Assembly (NCBI GenBank): GCA_039803205.1
Contig: JBDRYB010000001.1
Coordinates: 363,413 to 427,412 of the forward strand
Direction: 5' to 3'
DNA length: 64,000 nucleotides
Origin: a candidate division WOR-3 bacterium
GTDB lineage: Bacteria > Hydrothermota > Hydrothermia > JBDRYB01
Numbering within the stretch: position 1 is the first letter of the stretch; each line of letters begins with the position of its first letter. Below are positions 9,138 through 19,201 of the stretch, one piece after another. The notes beneath the pieces were generated by a model. It had not been told where the DNA came from, ran no database searches, and was given only the letters and a program-made list of their open reading frames with translations. The translations under genes and the position numbers were made by a program.

Positions 9138-9968
9138 GTGGAAAGGAACGGCATCCCGAGGCCTTTTCTCAAGTGGGCTGGCGGAAAATCCCAGATACTG
9201 CCCGAGCTTCTGAGCAGGGTCCCGTCGGATTTCGGGGCATATCACGAGCCGTTTCTGGGGGGAGGAGCCTTGTTTTTCGCGCTCATGAGGAGGGGCATTC
9301 TGAGGGACAAGAAGGTCTTTCTCTCCGACTCAAATCCCGAGCTGATAAACGTTTTCTTGGTCATCAGGGATAATCCAGAGGAGCTCCTTGAGCTTCTCAG
9401 AGGTTATCAGAGAAGAAACACGAGGGAGGAGTATTACAGGATAAGGGCCGAAAACCCCATCTCGCCAACCGAAAGGGCCGCGAGGCTCATTTACCTCAAC
9501 AGGACATGTTATAACGGGCTTTACAGGGTAAATTCCAGGGGCGAGTTCAATGTTCCGTATGGCCGATACAAGAACCCAAGGATCTACGACCCCGATAACA
9601 TTCGCGCTGTGAGCGAGGCCCTGAAGGGGGTTGAGGTATTATGCGAGGACTTTGAGGCCGTGCTGTCTCGCGCTGAGCCCGGAGACTTCGTCTACCTAGA
9701 CCCCCCGTATTACCCTTTGTCCAGAACAGCGAGCTTCTCGGATTACACCCTGGATGGCTTCTCAGAGGAGGACCACATCCGACTAGCGCGGACATTCGCG
9801 GAACTGGCAAAGAGGGGCGTCCTGGTCATGGAGTCAAACTCCGACACTGATTTCGTGCGTTCGTATTACAGGGGCTGGCGGCTCACACAGATAAAGGCAA
9901 AAAGACCTATAAACTCAAAAGGAGAGGGAAGAGGGCCGGTTTCGGAACTGGTGGTTTTGAGCTACTAA
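9138..9968 (+). CDS. dam: DNA adenine methyltransferase, Dam family
   Basis: PFLKWAGGK, EPFLGGGA, YLNRTCYNGLYRVN, FNVPYG, YLDPPY and SNSD motifs. Confidence 0.92.
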   Translation: MERNGIPRPFLKWAGGKSQILPELLSRVPSDFGAYHEPFLGGGALFFALMRRGILRDKKVFLSDSNPELINVFLVIRDNPEELLELLRGYQRRNTREEYYRIRAENPISPTERAARLIYLNRTCYNGLYRVNSRGEFNVPYGRYKNPRIYDPDNIRAVSEALKGVEVLCEDFEAVLSRAEPGDFVYLDPPYYPLSRTASFSDYTLDGFSEEDHIRLARTFAELAKRGVLVMESNSDTDFVRSYYRGWRLTQIKAKRPINSKGEGRGPVSELVVLSY

Positions 9969-9987
9969 AGAGGTTTATAATTTACCA

Positions 9988-10236
9988 GTGGCTAAAGGTA
10001 TTTTTGAGATCAAAGCCGGATTGAAGAAGGACTTCAAGAAGCTATTCCGGGAGCTCCACATGTTGGAGGACTTTGAGGCTGGCAAGCTCAGGTGCGTCTT
10101 CTGCGAGAAGCCAGTGAGCTTTGAGAACCTGGGGGGACTGATCTTCATAAACGGGAAACCGCGGCTTTTTTGCAGGGATCGTGAGTGCTTTCTTGAGGTT
10201 CTAATGAGAAAAGATAGGGGCACAAACTTCAAATGA
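9988..10236 (+). CDS. Small hypothetical protein with CxxC...CxxxxC (possible Zn-binding)
   Basis: CVFC...CRDREC; TATAAT 6 nt before GTG; ATGA overlap with the next gene. Confidence 0.7.
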   Translation: MAKGIFEIKAGLKKDFKKLFRELHMLEDFEAGKLRCVFCEKPVSFENLGGLIFINGKPRLFCRDRECFLEVLMRKDRGTNFK

Positions 10237-11360
10237 GTCCCCCCCTTAATAGACTGCTTATTGTATGGGCAATTTGGGGGCCTATTGTTTCAGCTTTGTT
10301 GACTCACTTTCTGTTTAGTAGGACATACGCTTGGGTTTTGGCGATAATCATCTTGTCGGGTTTAGTTGTCCTCCTCTCTCTTATATGGGATTGGCTTATT
10401 TTCCAGATTAACAAGACACGGCCCGGAAAATTTGTGTTAGCAAGGATTCATCCTAGAGGAAAAACATCTGCGGATGTAGCTACTTATCTATGCCGTGGAA
10501 TTGGATCTAAAAAGGGTTCATTTTTGGGCTTTGGCCTTCCTAGGGTGGAAATCGTCTGGATAAAAAAGCCAGAGAAATTAAAAGAGGTGTCAACTGGGGA
10601 AGCTATAATATACTTGGAGCCGGGTCTTGACAACGAGGAAGGACTACTGAGGGCTCTAGAAGAATATGTAGAAGTGGTATTTATGAATGTGGTTAAGGTT
10701 ACCTGTGGAGACACTATAGCAAAAGCGATAAAGATTATTTTGATGGAATCCTTTGGCAGAGAATTTCTCACACGGACAACAAAAATGAAAAGTTTATACG
10801 CTGAATTTACGCGGAAATTAACCCCTAATGATAGCGAGAAAAAGGAGAAGTTTGAGAGCTTTTTGAAAACCTTGAGAAATGTCGCCGCAGGTGGAATGTT
10901 TGAATCAATATTTATGTATTCTTTAAAATTTATCTCAGATAAGTTAACTACGGAAATAATGGGTTCAGATCTTGCGGAGAAAACTTTAATTGACTTTGCA
11001 ACATTTCTGGAGGCCATATGTATCAAGGAACGAGGCGAGGATGTTTCTTTGGATTTTGAGACTGAATTACTCAAGGTTCACATAATTCTAATAACTAGAC
11101 CGGAGACGAGTTCTCTACACCCCCATCTTAATTATTTGATGAGATACTCTTGTCAGGGATTTAACCCAATTTTTGTCTCTGGTATGGGTAGAAATACAGA
11201 ACTGGTAGAAAAATTCATTAAAAAAGCAAGGAAACTTCAAGAGAGACACGAGTTAATTCCCTTTGAGGCGTTTGGGGCAAGGGGTAAAGCTATCAAAGAT
11301 GGTGCAACATATGAGGTCTGCACCTATGTCCTTGAATTCCATCTGGAGCAAGCCAAATGA
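10233..11360 (+). CDS. AT-rich hypothetical protein with two N-terminal TM helices
   Basis: 375-aa ORF coupled to both neighbours by ATGA overlaps; hydrophobic N-terminus; visibly AT-richer than its flanks. Confidence 0.75.
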   Translation: MSPPLNRLLIVWAIWGPIVSALLTHFLFSRTYAWVLAIIILSGLVVLLSLIWDWLIFQINKTRPGKFVLARIHPRGKTSADVATYLCRGIGSKKGSFLGFGLPRVEIVWIKKPEKLKEVSTGEAIIYLEPGLDNEEGLLRALEEYVEVVFMNVVKVTCGDTIAKAIKIILMESFGREFLTRTTKMKSLYAEFTRKLTPNDSEKKEKFESFLKTLRNVAAGGMFESIFMYSLKFISDKLTTEIMGSDLAEKTLIDFATFLEAICIKERGEDVSLDFETELLKVHIILITRPETSSLHPHLNYLMRYSCQGFNPIFVSGMGRNTELVEKFIKKARKLQERHELIPFEAFGARGKAIKDGATYEVCTYVLEFHLEQAK

Positions 11361-12478
11361 AATCCATCGCTCTCCTCGGCTCAACGGGCTCAATAGGCAA
11401 GAGCGCGCTCTCGGTCATAGCCAGGTATCCGGACCGCTTCCGGCTCGTAGCTATCTCCGGCCACAGGAACAGCGAGGCCCTTCTTGAGATAGCTGAGAGG
11501 TTCAAGCCAGAAGCCGTCGCTATAACCTCTGAGGTGCCCTTCCCGGCTGAGAGGTGGAGGTTATACAGGGGGCCGGATGCCCTCGTCGAGCTATCCGAGA
11601 ACGAGGACTACGATGTCCTTCTTGTCGCGACAACTGGCCTCGCTGGCGCTTTGCCCACAATAAAGGCGCTTGAACGCGGCAAACGCGTTGCGCTTGCTAA
11701 CAAGGAGACCCTGGTTTCGTTTGGCCCTTTGGTTCTTGAAGCCCTCAAAAAAGGAGGGGAGCTCATCCCCGTTGATTCCGAGCACTCAGCGCTTTTTCAG
11801 CTCCTTGAGGGCAGGAGAGAAGAGGCTGTTCGGCTAACAATAACCTCCTCGGGCGGGCCATTCAGGGGGATGAAGCCCAAGGACTTGAAAAGCGTGAAGC
11901 CAGCGGATGCCCTGAGGCACCCTACATGGTCAATGGGCCCGAAGATAACGGTTGATTCCGCTACGCTCATGAACAAGGTCCTAGAGGTTATAGAGGCGCA
12001 CTTTCTCTTCGGATTCCCTCCCCAGGACATATCAGTAATCATCCACCCAACCAGCACCGTCCACGCGCTCGTTCAGCTCAGGGACGGGATGATGCTCGCG
12101 CACATGGGCCTGCCAGACATGCGCGTCCCCATCCAGTATGCCCTGAGCTATCCGGAGCGGCTAAGCTCCGATGTTCCGGCTCTCGATCTCAACGGCCTCA
12201 AGCTTGAGTTTCACGAGCCCGATACGGAGACATTCAGGCTCCTGCCCCTTGCCTGGGAGGCCCTGAGGAAAGGGGGCACGGCCCCCGCTGTTTTGAACGC
12301 GTCAAACGAGGTAGCTGTTCTGGCTTTTCTTGAGGGAAGGCTTTCGTTTCTCGGGATAATGGACACGGTTGAAAGGGTATTTCATGAGCACAAACCCTGG
12401 CCAGTAAAAAATCACGAGGATGTAGCCGAGGCAGACCGGTGGGCAAGGGAGAAGGCGATGCAGGGCTTGCCCACATAA
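11357..12478 (+). CDS. dxr: 1-deoxy-D-xylulose-5-phosphate reductoisomerase
   Basis: LGSTGSIG, LANKETLV, PVDSEHSA, HPTWSMGPKITVDSATLMNK. Confidence 0.97.
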   Translation: MKSIALLGSTGSIGKSALSVIARYPDRFRLVAISGHRNSEALLEIAERFKPEAVAITSEVPFPAERWRLYRGPDALVELSENEDYDVLLVATTGLAGALPTIKALERGKRVALANKETLVSFGPLVLEALKKGGELIPVDSEHSALFQLLEGRREEAVRLTITSSGGPFRGMKPKDLKSVKPADALRHPTWSMGPKITVDSATLMNKVLEVIEAHFLFGFPPQDISVIIHPTSTVHALVQLRDGMMLAHMGLPDMRVPIQYALSYPERLSSDVPALDLNGLKLEFHEPDTETFRLLPLAWEALRKGGTAPAVLNASNEVAVLAFLEGRLSFLGIMDTVERVFHEHKPWPVKNHEDVAEADRWAREKAMQGLPT

Positions 12479-12502
12479 GGGCTCTGGATTTATAATTTCC
12501 CT

Positions 12503-14434
12503 GTGAGCGTTCTTGAGCGCATAAACTCCCCTGAGGAACTCAGAGAGCTGAGCATTAAGGAGCTATACGAGCTAGCGGGAGAGATACGTGAGACCATCTT
12601 GGATGTAACCTCCAAGACCGGAGGCCATGTGGGGCCGAGCCTTGGAGTTGTTGAGCTCACAATAGCAATACACTACATCTATGATAGCCCCCGCGACAAG
12701 ATAATATGGGATGTTGGACACCAGTCATACGCGCACAAGATTCTAACCGGCAGGAAAGAGCGTTTCAGCACTTTGAGACAACTCGGCGGTTTATCGGGCT
12801 TCACCAAGCCGGAGGAAAGCCCTCATGACCCGTTTGGCGCGGGCCATGCATCCACGGCCATCTCAGCCGCGCTCGGCATGGCAATAGCAAGAGACATGGC
12901 GGGCGAGGACTACAATGTGGTCGCGGTTGTCGGTGATGGCGCGCTCACGGGCGGAATGGCCATGGAGGCCCTGAACCACGCTGGCCACCTGAAGAAGAGG
13001 ATTACTGTGATCCTCAACGACAACGAGCGCTCCATAGCCGAGAATGTTGGAGGCCTCTCAAATTACTTGGCGAAACTCTCTGGCAACAAGCTCTACAACC
13101 GAGTGAAGGAGGACCTTAAGGAGCTCCTGAGTTCCATCCCAGATACCCCGCTGACCAGGAAGGCAAAAACCGTTGTCTGGAAGATGAAGGAATCTTTGAA
13201 GAACCTGATGATACCCACCGTAATATTTGAGGAGCTGGGATGGAGGTATTTCGGGCCCGTTGGTGGCCACGACATTGACCAACTCATAGACATCCTTGAG
13301 CATGTGAAGTATTTCACTGATGGGCCTGTCGTCGTGCATGTGATAACTCAGAAGGGCAAGGGATACGAGCCGGCCATGAGAAACCCCGAGCTTTTCCACG
13401 GAATAGGGCCCTTCATCAGGGAAACCGGAGAACCCGTCAAGAAACCAGGGCCTCCTACATACTCTGAGGTTTACGGGAACGCTGTGGTCCGGGCCGCAGA
13501 GAAAGACGAGAGGGTTATCGCTATAACCGCGGCCATGTGCTTGGGGACAGGCTTGGCCGGCTTCAGGGAGCGCTTTCCGGAAAGGTTGTTTGATGTTGGA
13601 ATTGCAGAGCAACATGCTGTTACCCTTTCGGCCGGAATGGCCATGGCAGGCCTCGTTCCATTCTGCACCATATACTCAACATTCCTTCAGAGGGCATTTG
13701 ACCAGATAATCCACGATGTTGCCCTTCAGGATGCCCCGGTTCGTTTCGCTTTGGACAGGGCTGGGCTAGTGGGGGACGATGGGCCAACCCATCACGGGGT
13801 ATTTGACATAGCATACATGAGGATGATCCCAGGAATGGTCGTTATGGCACCAAAGGACGAGGATGAGCTCACGGACATGGTTTGGACAATGCTTCATTAC
13901 GAGGATGGCCCTATCTCCGTCCGGTATCCGAGGGGTCCTGGCACGGGCGCGAGCATTAAGGATTCGCCGGAGGTCATCCCAATAGGAAAATGGGAGGTTC
14001 TGAGGACCGGTTCTGATGTGGCTATAATAGCGACCGGAAGCACTGTATATCCTGCGATAGAGGCCGCAGAGGAACTCGAGAACGAGGATATATCCGCTGA
14101 GGTGATAAATGCCAGATTCGTAAAACCTTTGGATGAGGAACTGCTCGTGTCCCTTGTGGAGCGCGGTCCAAAGACATGGCTCACAGTTGAGGAGGGAACG
14201 CTCGTGGGCGGTTTTGGCTCAGGGATAGCGGAATTCCTTGAAGCCCATGGGTGGCTCGGGGAGGTAACTCTCAAGCGTATAGGGATTCCAGACCACTTCA
14301 TCACCCATGGGACGAGAGCGGAGCTTCTCGGAATGATAGGCCTAGACAGCAAGGGGATAGCGAATTCCGTGAAGGAACTTCTATGGCAAAAAAGATCTGC
14401 CCGAACTGTGGCACGAGTGAGGCGGAGGTCCTGA
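12503..14434 (+). CDS. dxs: 1-deoxy-D-xylulose-5-phosphate synthase
   Basis: GGHVGPSLG, DVGHQSY, GDGALTGG, DVGIAEQH, YSTFLQR, DGPTHHG. Confidence 0.97.
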   Translation: MSVLERINSPEELRELSIKELYELAGEIRETILDVTSKTGGHVGPSLGVVELTIAIHYIYDSPRDKIIWDVGHQSYAHKILTGRKERFSTLRQLGGLSGFTKPEESPHDPFGAGHASTAISAALGMAIARDMAGEDYNVVAVVGDGALTGGMAMEALNHAGHLKKRITVILNDNERSIAENVGGLSNYLAKLSGNKLYNRVKEDLKELLSSIPDTPLTRKAKTVVWKMKESLKNLMIPTVIFEELGWRYFGPVGGHDIDQLIDILEHVKYFTDGPVVVHVITQKGKGYEPAMRNPELFHGIGPFIRETGEPVKKPGPPTYSEVYGNAVVRAAEKDERVIAITAAMCLGTGLAGFRERFPERLFDVGIAEQHAVTLSAGMAMAGLVPFCTIYSTFLQRAFDQIIHDVALQDAPVRFALDRAGLVGDDGPTHHGVFDIAYMRMIPGMVVMAPKDEDELTDMVWTMLHYEDGPISVRYPRGPGTGASIKDSPEVIPIGKWEVLRTGSDVAIIATGSTVYPAIEAAEELENEDISAEVINARFVKPLDEELLVSLVERGPKTWLTVEEGTLVGGFGSGIAEFLEAHGWLGEVTLKRIGIPDHFITHGTRAELLGMIGLDSKGIANSVKELLWQKRSARTVARVRRRS

Positions 14435-14685
14435 GGGGGAGGGCTGGGTGCCCCAGGTGCTTCGTCGTTTTCAGGGATGAGATAAGGGCTTTTCTGGACT
14501 CAAGGTTTGGTTCCTCGGGATACTCAGGACAGCCTTATGTTAAAAACCAGAAAGCCGGGGAGCTGGTCAAGCGATTTGAGGAGCTCCAGAAGGAGCTTGC
14601 CATAGCAATTGAGTTGGAGGACTACGAACGCGCCGCAATGCTCCGGGATGAGATAAACAAGATGAGAAGACGCTTGGTATCATGA
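14383..14685 (+). CDS. mcsA: McsA-like protein (two CxxC motifs + UVR domain), short form
   Basis: CPNCG...GCPRCF and C-terminal AIELEDYERAAMLRDEI; directly upstream of an McsB-like gene; ATG 14383 overlaps the dxs 3' end. Confidence 0.7.
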   Translation: MAKKICPNCGTSEAEVLRGRAGCPRCFVVFRDEIRAFLDSRFGSSGYSGQPYVKNQKAGELVKRFEELQKELAIAIELEDYERAAMLRDEINKMRRRLVS

Positions 14686-15704
14686 ACAGAGAGCTCGCTG
14701 TAGAGAGGCCAGATTGGCTTTTTGCTGTGGGCCCGTATTCTGAGACCGTGATATGTTCAGGGGTCGAGATAGCGCGTTCGTTTGCCACGGGGAAGTTCTG
14801 GTGGAAGGCTGGGTTGGCCAGAATTGGACAGAAAAAGGCTGTGAAAAAGGCGTTCGGGATAATCCTCGGCCAGGACCCCAGGACTTTGGAGCTCCGGGGG
14901 CACCTGAGGGGCATCATCTGGGAGAAATACCCGTTTCTTAGAGGAACCACAACCCTTATTTCTCCTGGCAATGGCCTTCACATTGGGTTGGGACCAAATG
15001 AGGCTGTGAGGCTCTATTCTTACTCAGGCGGTGTTCTAAGCGAATCCGCTTTGGCGCGCGCTATGAGGCTCACTGAATCTGCAGGCCAGGTCCTTGATTT
15101 TGCCTATGACCGGGAAATGGGATTTCTCAACCCTAATCTGGAGGAGGTTGGTTCCGGACTCCGTTTCAAAGCCATTTTGCACCTTCCGGCCGCAGTTCAC
15201 GCGGGCACGCTTTCTGGTTTCCGAGAGAAACTCTCTGATCTCGGGGTAAAGGCTGAGGGTTTTCTCAAAGGATGGCCGAAACCAGCCGGCTCCCTCGTGG
15301 TGATAACATACTGGCCTGGGCCAGACCTTAGGCCCCATGAGGCGCATCTCGCCTTCCGAGAGATAATGCGCTTTGGGGTTGAATGGGAGGCAGAGTCCTG
15401 TTCTCTCCTCTTATCTTACGCTAATCTGGCGGTTGAGGACAGGGCCGCGAGATCCATGGCAACCCTGAGGGTGGCGAGGCTACTCGGATACGGAGAGCTG
15501 GCTGACCTGCTCTCTTGGGTGAGGTTGGGGGTTGGGATTGGGGCGCTTGAACCCGTGCCGGTCAAGGAGATGACAGCCCTTTTGTTCATCTCAGGCAGGA
15601 ACCACATGCGGGCTGTTGCCGGGCGGGAGCTCACCGAAACCGAAGAAAACGCCATGCGAGCGTCTCTGGTGAGGGCAACGGTGGGGGGATGGGGGGAATG
15701 CTAG
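14682..15704 (+). CDS. McsB-like ATP:guanido phosphotransferase, catalytic motifs degenerate
   Basis: LDFAYDREMGFL, GSGLRFKAILHLPA, EDRAARS, LLSWVRLG and RASLVR follow the McsB layout; NEEDH and CPTN are absent. Confidence 0.7.
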   Translation: MNRELAVERPDWLFAVGPYSETVICSGVEIARSFATGKFWWKAGLARIGQKKAVKKAFGIILGQDPRTLELRGHLRGIIWEKYPFLRGTTTLISPGNGLHIGLGPNEAVRLYSYSGGVLSESALARAMRLTESAGQVLDFAYDREMGFLNPNLEEVGSGLRFKAILHLPAAVHAGTLSGFREKLSDLGVKAEGFLKGWPKPAGSLVVITYWPGPDLRPHEAHLAFREIMRFGVEWEAESCSLLLSYANLAVEDRAARSMATLRVARLLGYGELADLLSWVRLGVGIGALEPVPVKEMTALLFISGRNHMRAVAGRELTETEENAMRASLVRATVGGWGEC

Positions 15705-15845
15705 CGCGGAACAGAACTGCATCGGGTAACCCTCTGAGAAGTATGAACCGAGCCCAATAGCGAATCTCCCATCCGGGAGCTCGTTAGGGTTGAGTTTTAG
15801 ACAGGGTTGAATGCCCCGCTCATAAAGGGGCATAATATTCACAGT

Positions 15846-17072
15846 TTGAAGAAGCTCCTTCTGGTTTCATACTTCTATCCTCCGCATTCCTGGTCAATAG
15901 CCGCGATGAGGCCGTATTGGTTTTCCGTTCTCTTGCCAAAGCTCGGCTGGGATGTTTGGGTCTTCACCTCAGGGGGCCCTGTAAGGGACCCGTCGTTCAG
16001 GGATGAGGGGGTAAATGTCCTTAGAACGGGCAAGGCCGAGATCAGGTCTTCTGCCCCGCCGGGCGTCTCAACCCTGGGCAAAACGATAGCGAGGCTGTTT
16101 CTGTGGCCGGACTCAAGAAGGTTCTGGCTCAGGGAGGCCGGAAGGCTTGAGGAATTGGTGAGGGAGTTTGAACCGCACATCATTCTCGCCTGCGCTCCTC
16201 CATACACGGACCTGCTCATGGCAGAGAGGGTCTCTGAGAGAACCGGAATCCCTTTCGCGGTTGACCTTTGGGACCCATGGAAAGAGGATGTCTACGGGAT
16301 GTATCCCACGCCTTTTCACAAGCGGCTAACCCGAAGGGCTGAGGAGAGGGTTTTCAGAAAGGCAAAGATGGTTTTCGTGGTGAACGGCGCCATGAGGGAA
16401 GCCCTTTCGTCCCGTTATCCGGACAAGAGGTTTCTCACCTTGCCATTTGGATACGACCCAGCCGGTGTCCCGGGGCCTGCCCCAAAATCAAACCGGTTTC
16501 ACATAGCCTACCTGGGGAGCATGTTCGGAGAACACAAGAGGCCCGAGGGGCTTTTTGCTGGTTTTTTATCTCTCCCTGATAATGCTTCTGTTGAGTTCTC
16601 ATTCGTTGGAAACAAATCCCAGAAAGCCAAAGCCCTAATAAGGGAGCTCGGGAAAAGGTTCCCTGTCAGAGAATCCGATTACTTACCCCACTGTGAGGCA
16701 ATGAAGGTTGCGGCATCAGCTCATGCTCTTGTCGTCCTTTCAACGAGGGGTCCTCACTATCATCTGATCTCAACGGGAAAGGCCTTTGAGGCAATAGGGA
16801 TGGGTAGGGCCATACTCGGAGTGGTTCCCAAGGATACATGGATATGGGATTTCCTCAAGGAACACAATGCCTACCTCGCGGATCCGGATGAACAGGGAGC
16901 CATAAGGGAGACAACTATCCGGATGATCAACGACTGGAGCGGGGGCAGGCTCATGCTTCCTGACCCCGAGAGGATCAAAGCCTTTAGGTGGGAGGAGCTG
17001 GCGCGGAAGCTCTCAGACTGGCTATCGGAAAGCCTGGAGCACAGCAACAGCCGGGCACGAAGGTTTTACTAA
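15846..17072 (+). CDS. Glycosyltransferase family 4 (GT-B)
   Basis: LLVSYFYPP, APPY, DLWDPW, GYD and GKAFE motifs; start placed at TTG 15846. Confidence 0.85.
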   Translation: MKKLLLVSYFYPPHSWSIAAMRPYWFSVLLPKLGWDVWVFTSGGPVRDPSFRDEGVNVLRTGKAEIRSSAPPGVSTLGKTIARLFLWPDSRRFWLREAGRLEELVREFEPHIILACAPPYTDLLMAERVSERTGIPFAVDLWDPWKEDVYGMYPTPFHKRLTRRAEERVFRKAKMVFVVNGAMREALSSRYPDKRFLTLPFGYDPAGVPGPAPKSNRFHIAYLGSMFGEHKRPEGLFAGFLSLPDNASVEFSFVGNKSQKAKALIRELGKRFPVRESDYLPHCEAMKVAASAHALVVLSTRGPHYHLISTGKAFEAIGMGRAILGVVPKDTWIWDFLKEHNAYLADPDEQGAIRETTIRMINDWSGGRLMLPDPERIKAFRWEELARKLSDWLSESLEHSNSRARRFY

Positions 17073-17074
17073 GC

Positions 17075-17593
17075 CTAGAAAATTCCGCCTATTTCCAGGC
17101 CAACGAACGCGAAACCCATCAGCTTCTCGTCCCCCAGAGAACCTCTGACCGGCAATAGTGAAGCGGAGAGGCTAAGCTCAGCGAACCCATGATCAAACAG
17201 CATTCGTCCAATGAAGGTCTCAGCGCTTAAGCCGCCATAATGGGGTGCTTCTATGGCTCCTCCAAGCTCTTTTATGACGAGACCCAAGCCGCACGGCCCG
17301 AACAATCCTCCCCAGTAGCTCTTATCCCGGTAGAAAACTGGCCCAGCCCCGAGGCTGAACTCTTCAAGGTCAACGGTCTTTCCAACAGCGCTGATTCTAG
17401 TGCGGGTGTAGCCAGGGGATACCCTCAGGCCCCATTTGCTCCCCGTGTTCCATTCAAGGATTCCGGAGCATGAGAAAGCGGTTATAAAAAGCGGAACATC
17501 ATTTTCCCTTGCGGCCTCAAGGAAACCCGAGTATGTCTCGTGAATGCCTATCCTGGCCCCGAAAGCTGAGAACAAAAGGATGAAGGTCACCAT
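17075..17593 (-). CDS. Hypothetical outer-membrane beta-barrel-like protein
   Basis: Short hydrophobic N-terminus, alternating beta-strand pattern, C-terminal Phe. Confidence 0.6.
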   Translation of the reverse strand: MVTFILLFSAFGARIGIHETYSGFLEAARENDVPLFITAFSCSGILEWNTGSKWGLRVSPGYTRTRISAVGKTVDLEEFSLGAGPVFYRDKSYWGGLFGPCGLGLVIKELGGAIEAPHYGGLSAETFIGRMLFDHGFAELSLSASLLPVRGSLGDEKLMGFAFVGLEIGGIF

Positions 17594-18624
17594 AATTTCA
17601 ACTCCAGATTGGCTTCTGTATAGAGCCCTTCGGCAAGATCCAGCCTGCCCGCCAGGAATGCCATACTGAGCCTAGCCCGCGAAAGCCTCACCCCGCCCAG
17701 AGCTCCATATCTCCACTGGCCCGATGAATAGTAAGAGACACGAGGCTTTGTGATTAGAGAAACAGGCCCCTTAGCCCAACTAAAGATGAGGCAATCCTGG
17801 ATGGCAAGGAGGTTAAGGGAATCGTCCATGTATGATATAGCGCTTAGCCTTTTGCCAAAACTCAGAGACCCCATGTTCTTCGTGATCTCCGATGAGAAGT
17901 TACCTCCGTATCTCTTTGTGTTTCCGCCAAGGCCGATGCCCATTTCACCGGATAAGGTAAGCTCCGCGCTCTCGCAGAGACTCCAGCGTCTCACAGCGTC
18001 CAGGGTCACGAGTCCCCTTCCAGCCGCGGTGTTGCTCAGGGTGAGGTAAGAAAGCCTAAAGGAACCACCATCTGAGCTGAGCTCAACATCAAGGCCAACG
18101 GGCAAAAGGACATCCCCGGCCACTGATTGGGCGAGCCCGAACCTCATGGTGGAAGAGACCCAGGCCTCGCCCACCGGAAACACGAGGCCGAATCCTGGTA
18201 TGGCAGTTCTGGTGTCCAGGGTCCAATTTCGCCAGGTCCCGAATATACGCTGTCTGTATGAGAAATCCGAATAGGAGAAACCGAAGCACCAGGCCCATGA
18301 ACCCAGGTCTCTCTTGAGGCCTATATCAGCGAGGCTGAGCCTATCAGAGCTCAGGGTATCCTCCCGCATCGCGAAAAGCCCTTTGGCCGCCGTTGACCAG
18401 GGCCCCCGCTTGCCCGTGAACAAGAAGGACAGGGGAGCCGAGCTGAGGTGGAGGTTCTGCGCGCCAAACAGCTCTGGCCGCTCAAACTCCGATAACCTCG
18501 CTATAGGATACTCATCCAGGATGGCTCCTATGTAGCCAGATGACCAAGCCCCTTCGTTTCTCCAGTAAGAAAACCCAAATTCAAGTGAGGCTTCATCGAC
18601 TCCGAGCAAGAGCAACAGGAACAT
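17587..18624 (-). CDS. Hypothetical outer-membrane beta-barrel-like protein
   Basis: MFLLLLLG N-terminus, G/aromatic beta-strand pattern, C-terminal Trp; overlaps the downstream gene. Confidence 0.65.
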   Translation of the reverse strand: MFLLLLLGVDEASLEFGFSYWRNEGAWSSGYIGAILDEYPIARLSEFERPELFGAQNLHLSSAPLSFLFTGKRGPWSTAAKGLFAMREDTLSSDRLSLADIGLKRDLGSWAWCFGFSYSDFSYRQRIFGTWRNWTLDTRTAIPGFGLVFPVGEAWVSSTMRFGLAQSVAGDVLLPVGLDVELSSDGGSFRLSYLTLSNTAAGRGLVTLDAVRRWSLCESAELTLSGEMGIGLGGNTKRYGGNFSSEITKNMGSLSFGKRLSAISYMDDSLNLLAIQDCLIFSWAKGPVSLITKPRVSYYSSGQWRYGALGGVRLSRARLSMAFLAGRLDLAEGLYTEANLELKLW

Positions 18625-18718
18625 GCGAATAATTTAATCCAGGAACGCGAGACGGATCAAATCCTTGGGCCGATTGGATTTTGTTGAAATCTCCCGATAA
18701 ATGCTTCATAATTTGAGC

Positions 18719-19201
18719 ATGCCGATAGGTCTAGTCGCGCTGATCCTTATAGATACGGCCTCCGGAATATACCTTTCGCTTCCGGAACCGTGGACCCCTT
18801 CTTACAAGACCATGACCCCTGGCCTTAACCTCGTATGCGGTAACCTGATCGCGAGCCTGGAGTATACCTCTGTCGTGGGCAAGGGCTGGACCCAGCTTGA
18901 TGTCATAAGGGTCAACCAGGAGGCAATAAGGGACTTTATGGAAGGATCAAGGTATTCAAAGCAGGGGGCTATGGAGGAGATCGGCGTTGAGGGTGCCACC
19001 CTCTATAGATCGTGGGCCTGCGCCATGAAATCAGATGGAGACCATGTCATATACATAGTGACGGCCGGATGGAGGCTGGGCGAGCGCGGCACGGTTGGGA
19101 TGTTCCTTCAAATGAAGATAGAGCGCAAGGGGGCCCTGAAGTTCTCAGAGGAGGAAGAGGAGGCAATAGATCGGCTCCTCAGGGGCTTCTCTTTTCAATA
19201 G
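18719..19201 (+). CDS. Hypothetical exported protein
   Basis: CATAAT 6 nt before ATG 18719; hydrophobic N-terminus. Confidence 0.6.
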   Translation: MPIGLVALILIDTASGIYLSLPEPWTPSYKTMTPGLNLVCGNLIASLEYTSVVGKGWTQLDVIRVNQEAIRDFMEGSRYSKQGAMEEIGVEGATLYRSWACAMKSDGDHVIYIVTAGWRLGERGTVGMFLQMKIERKGALKFSEEEEEAIDRLLRGFSFQ

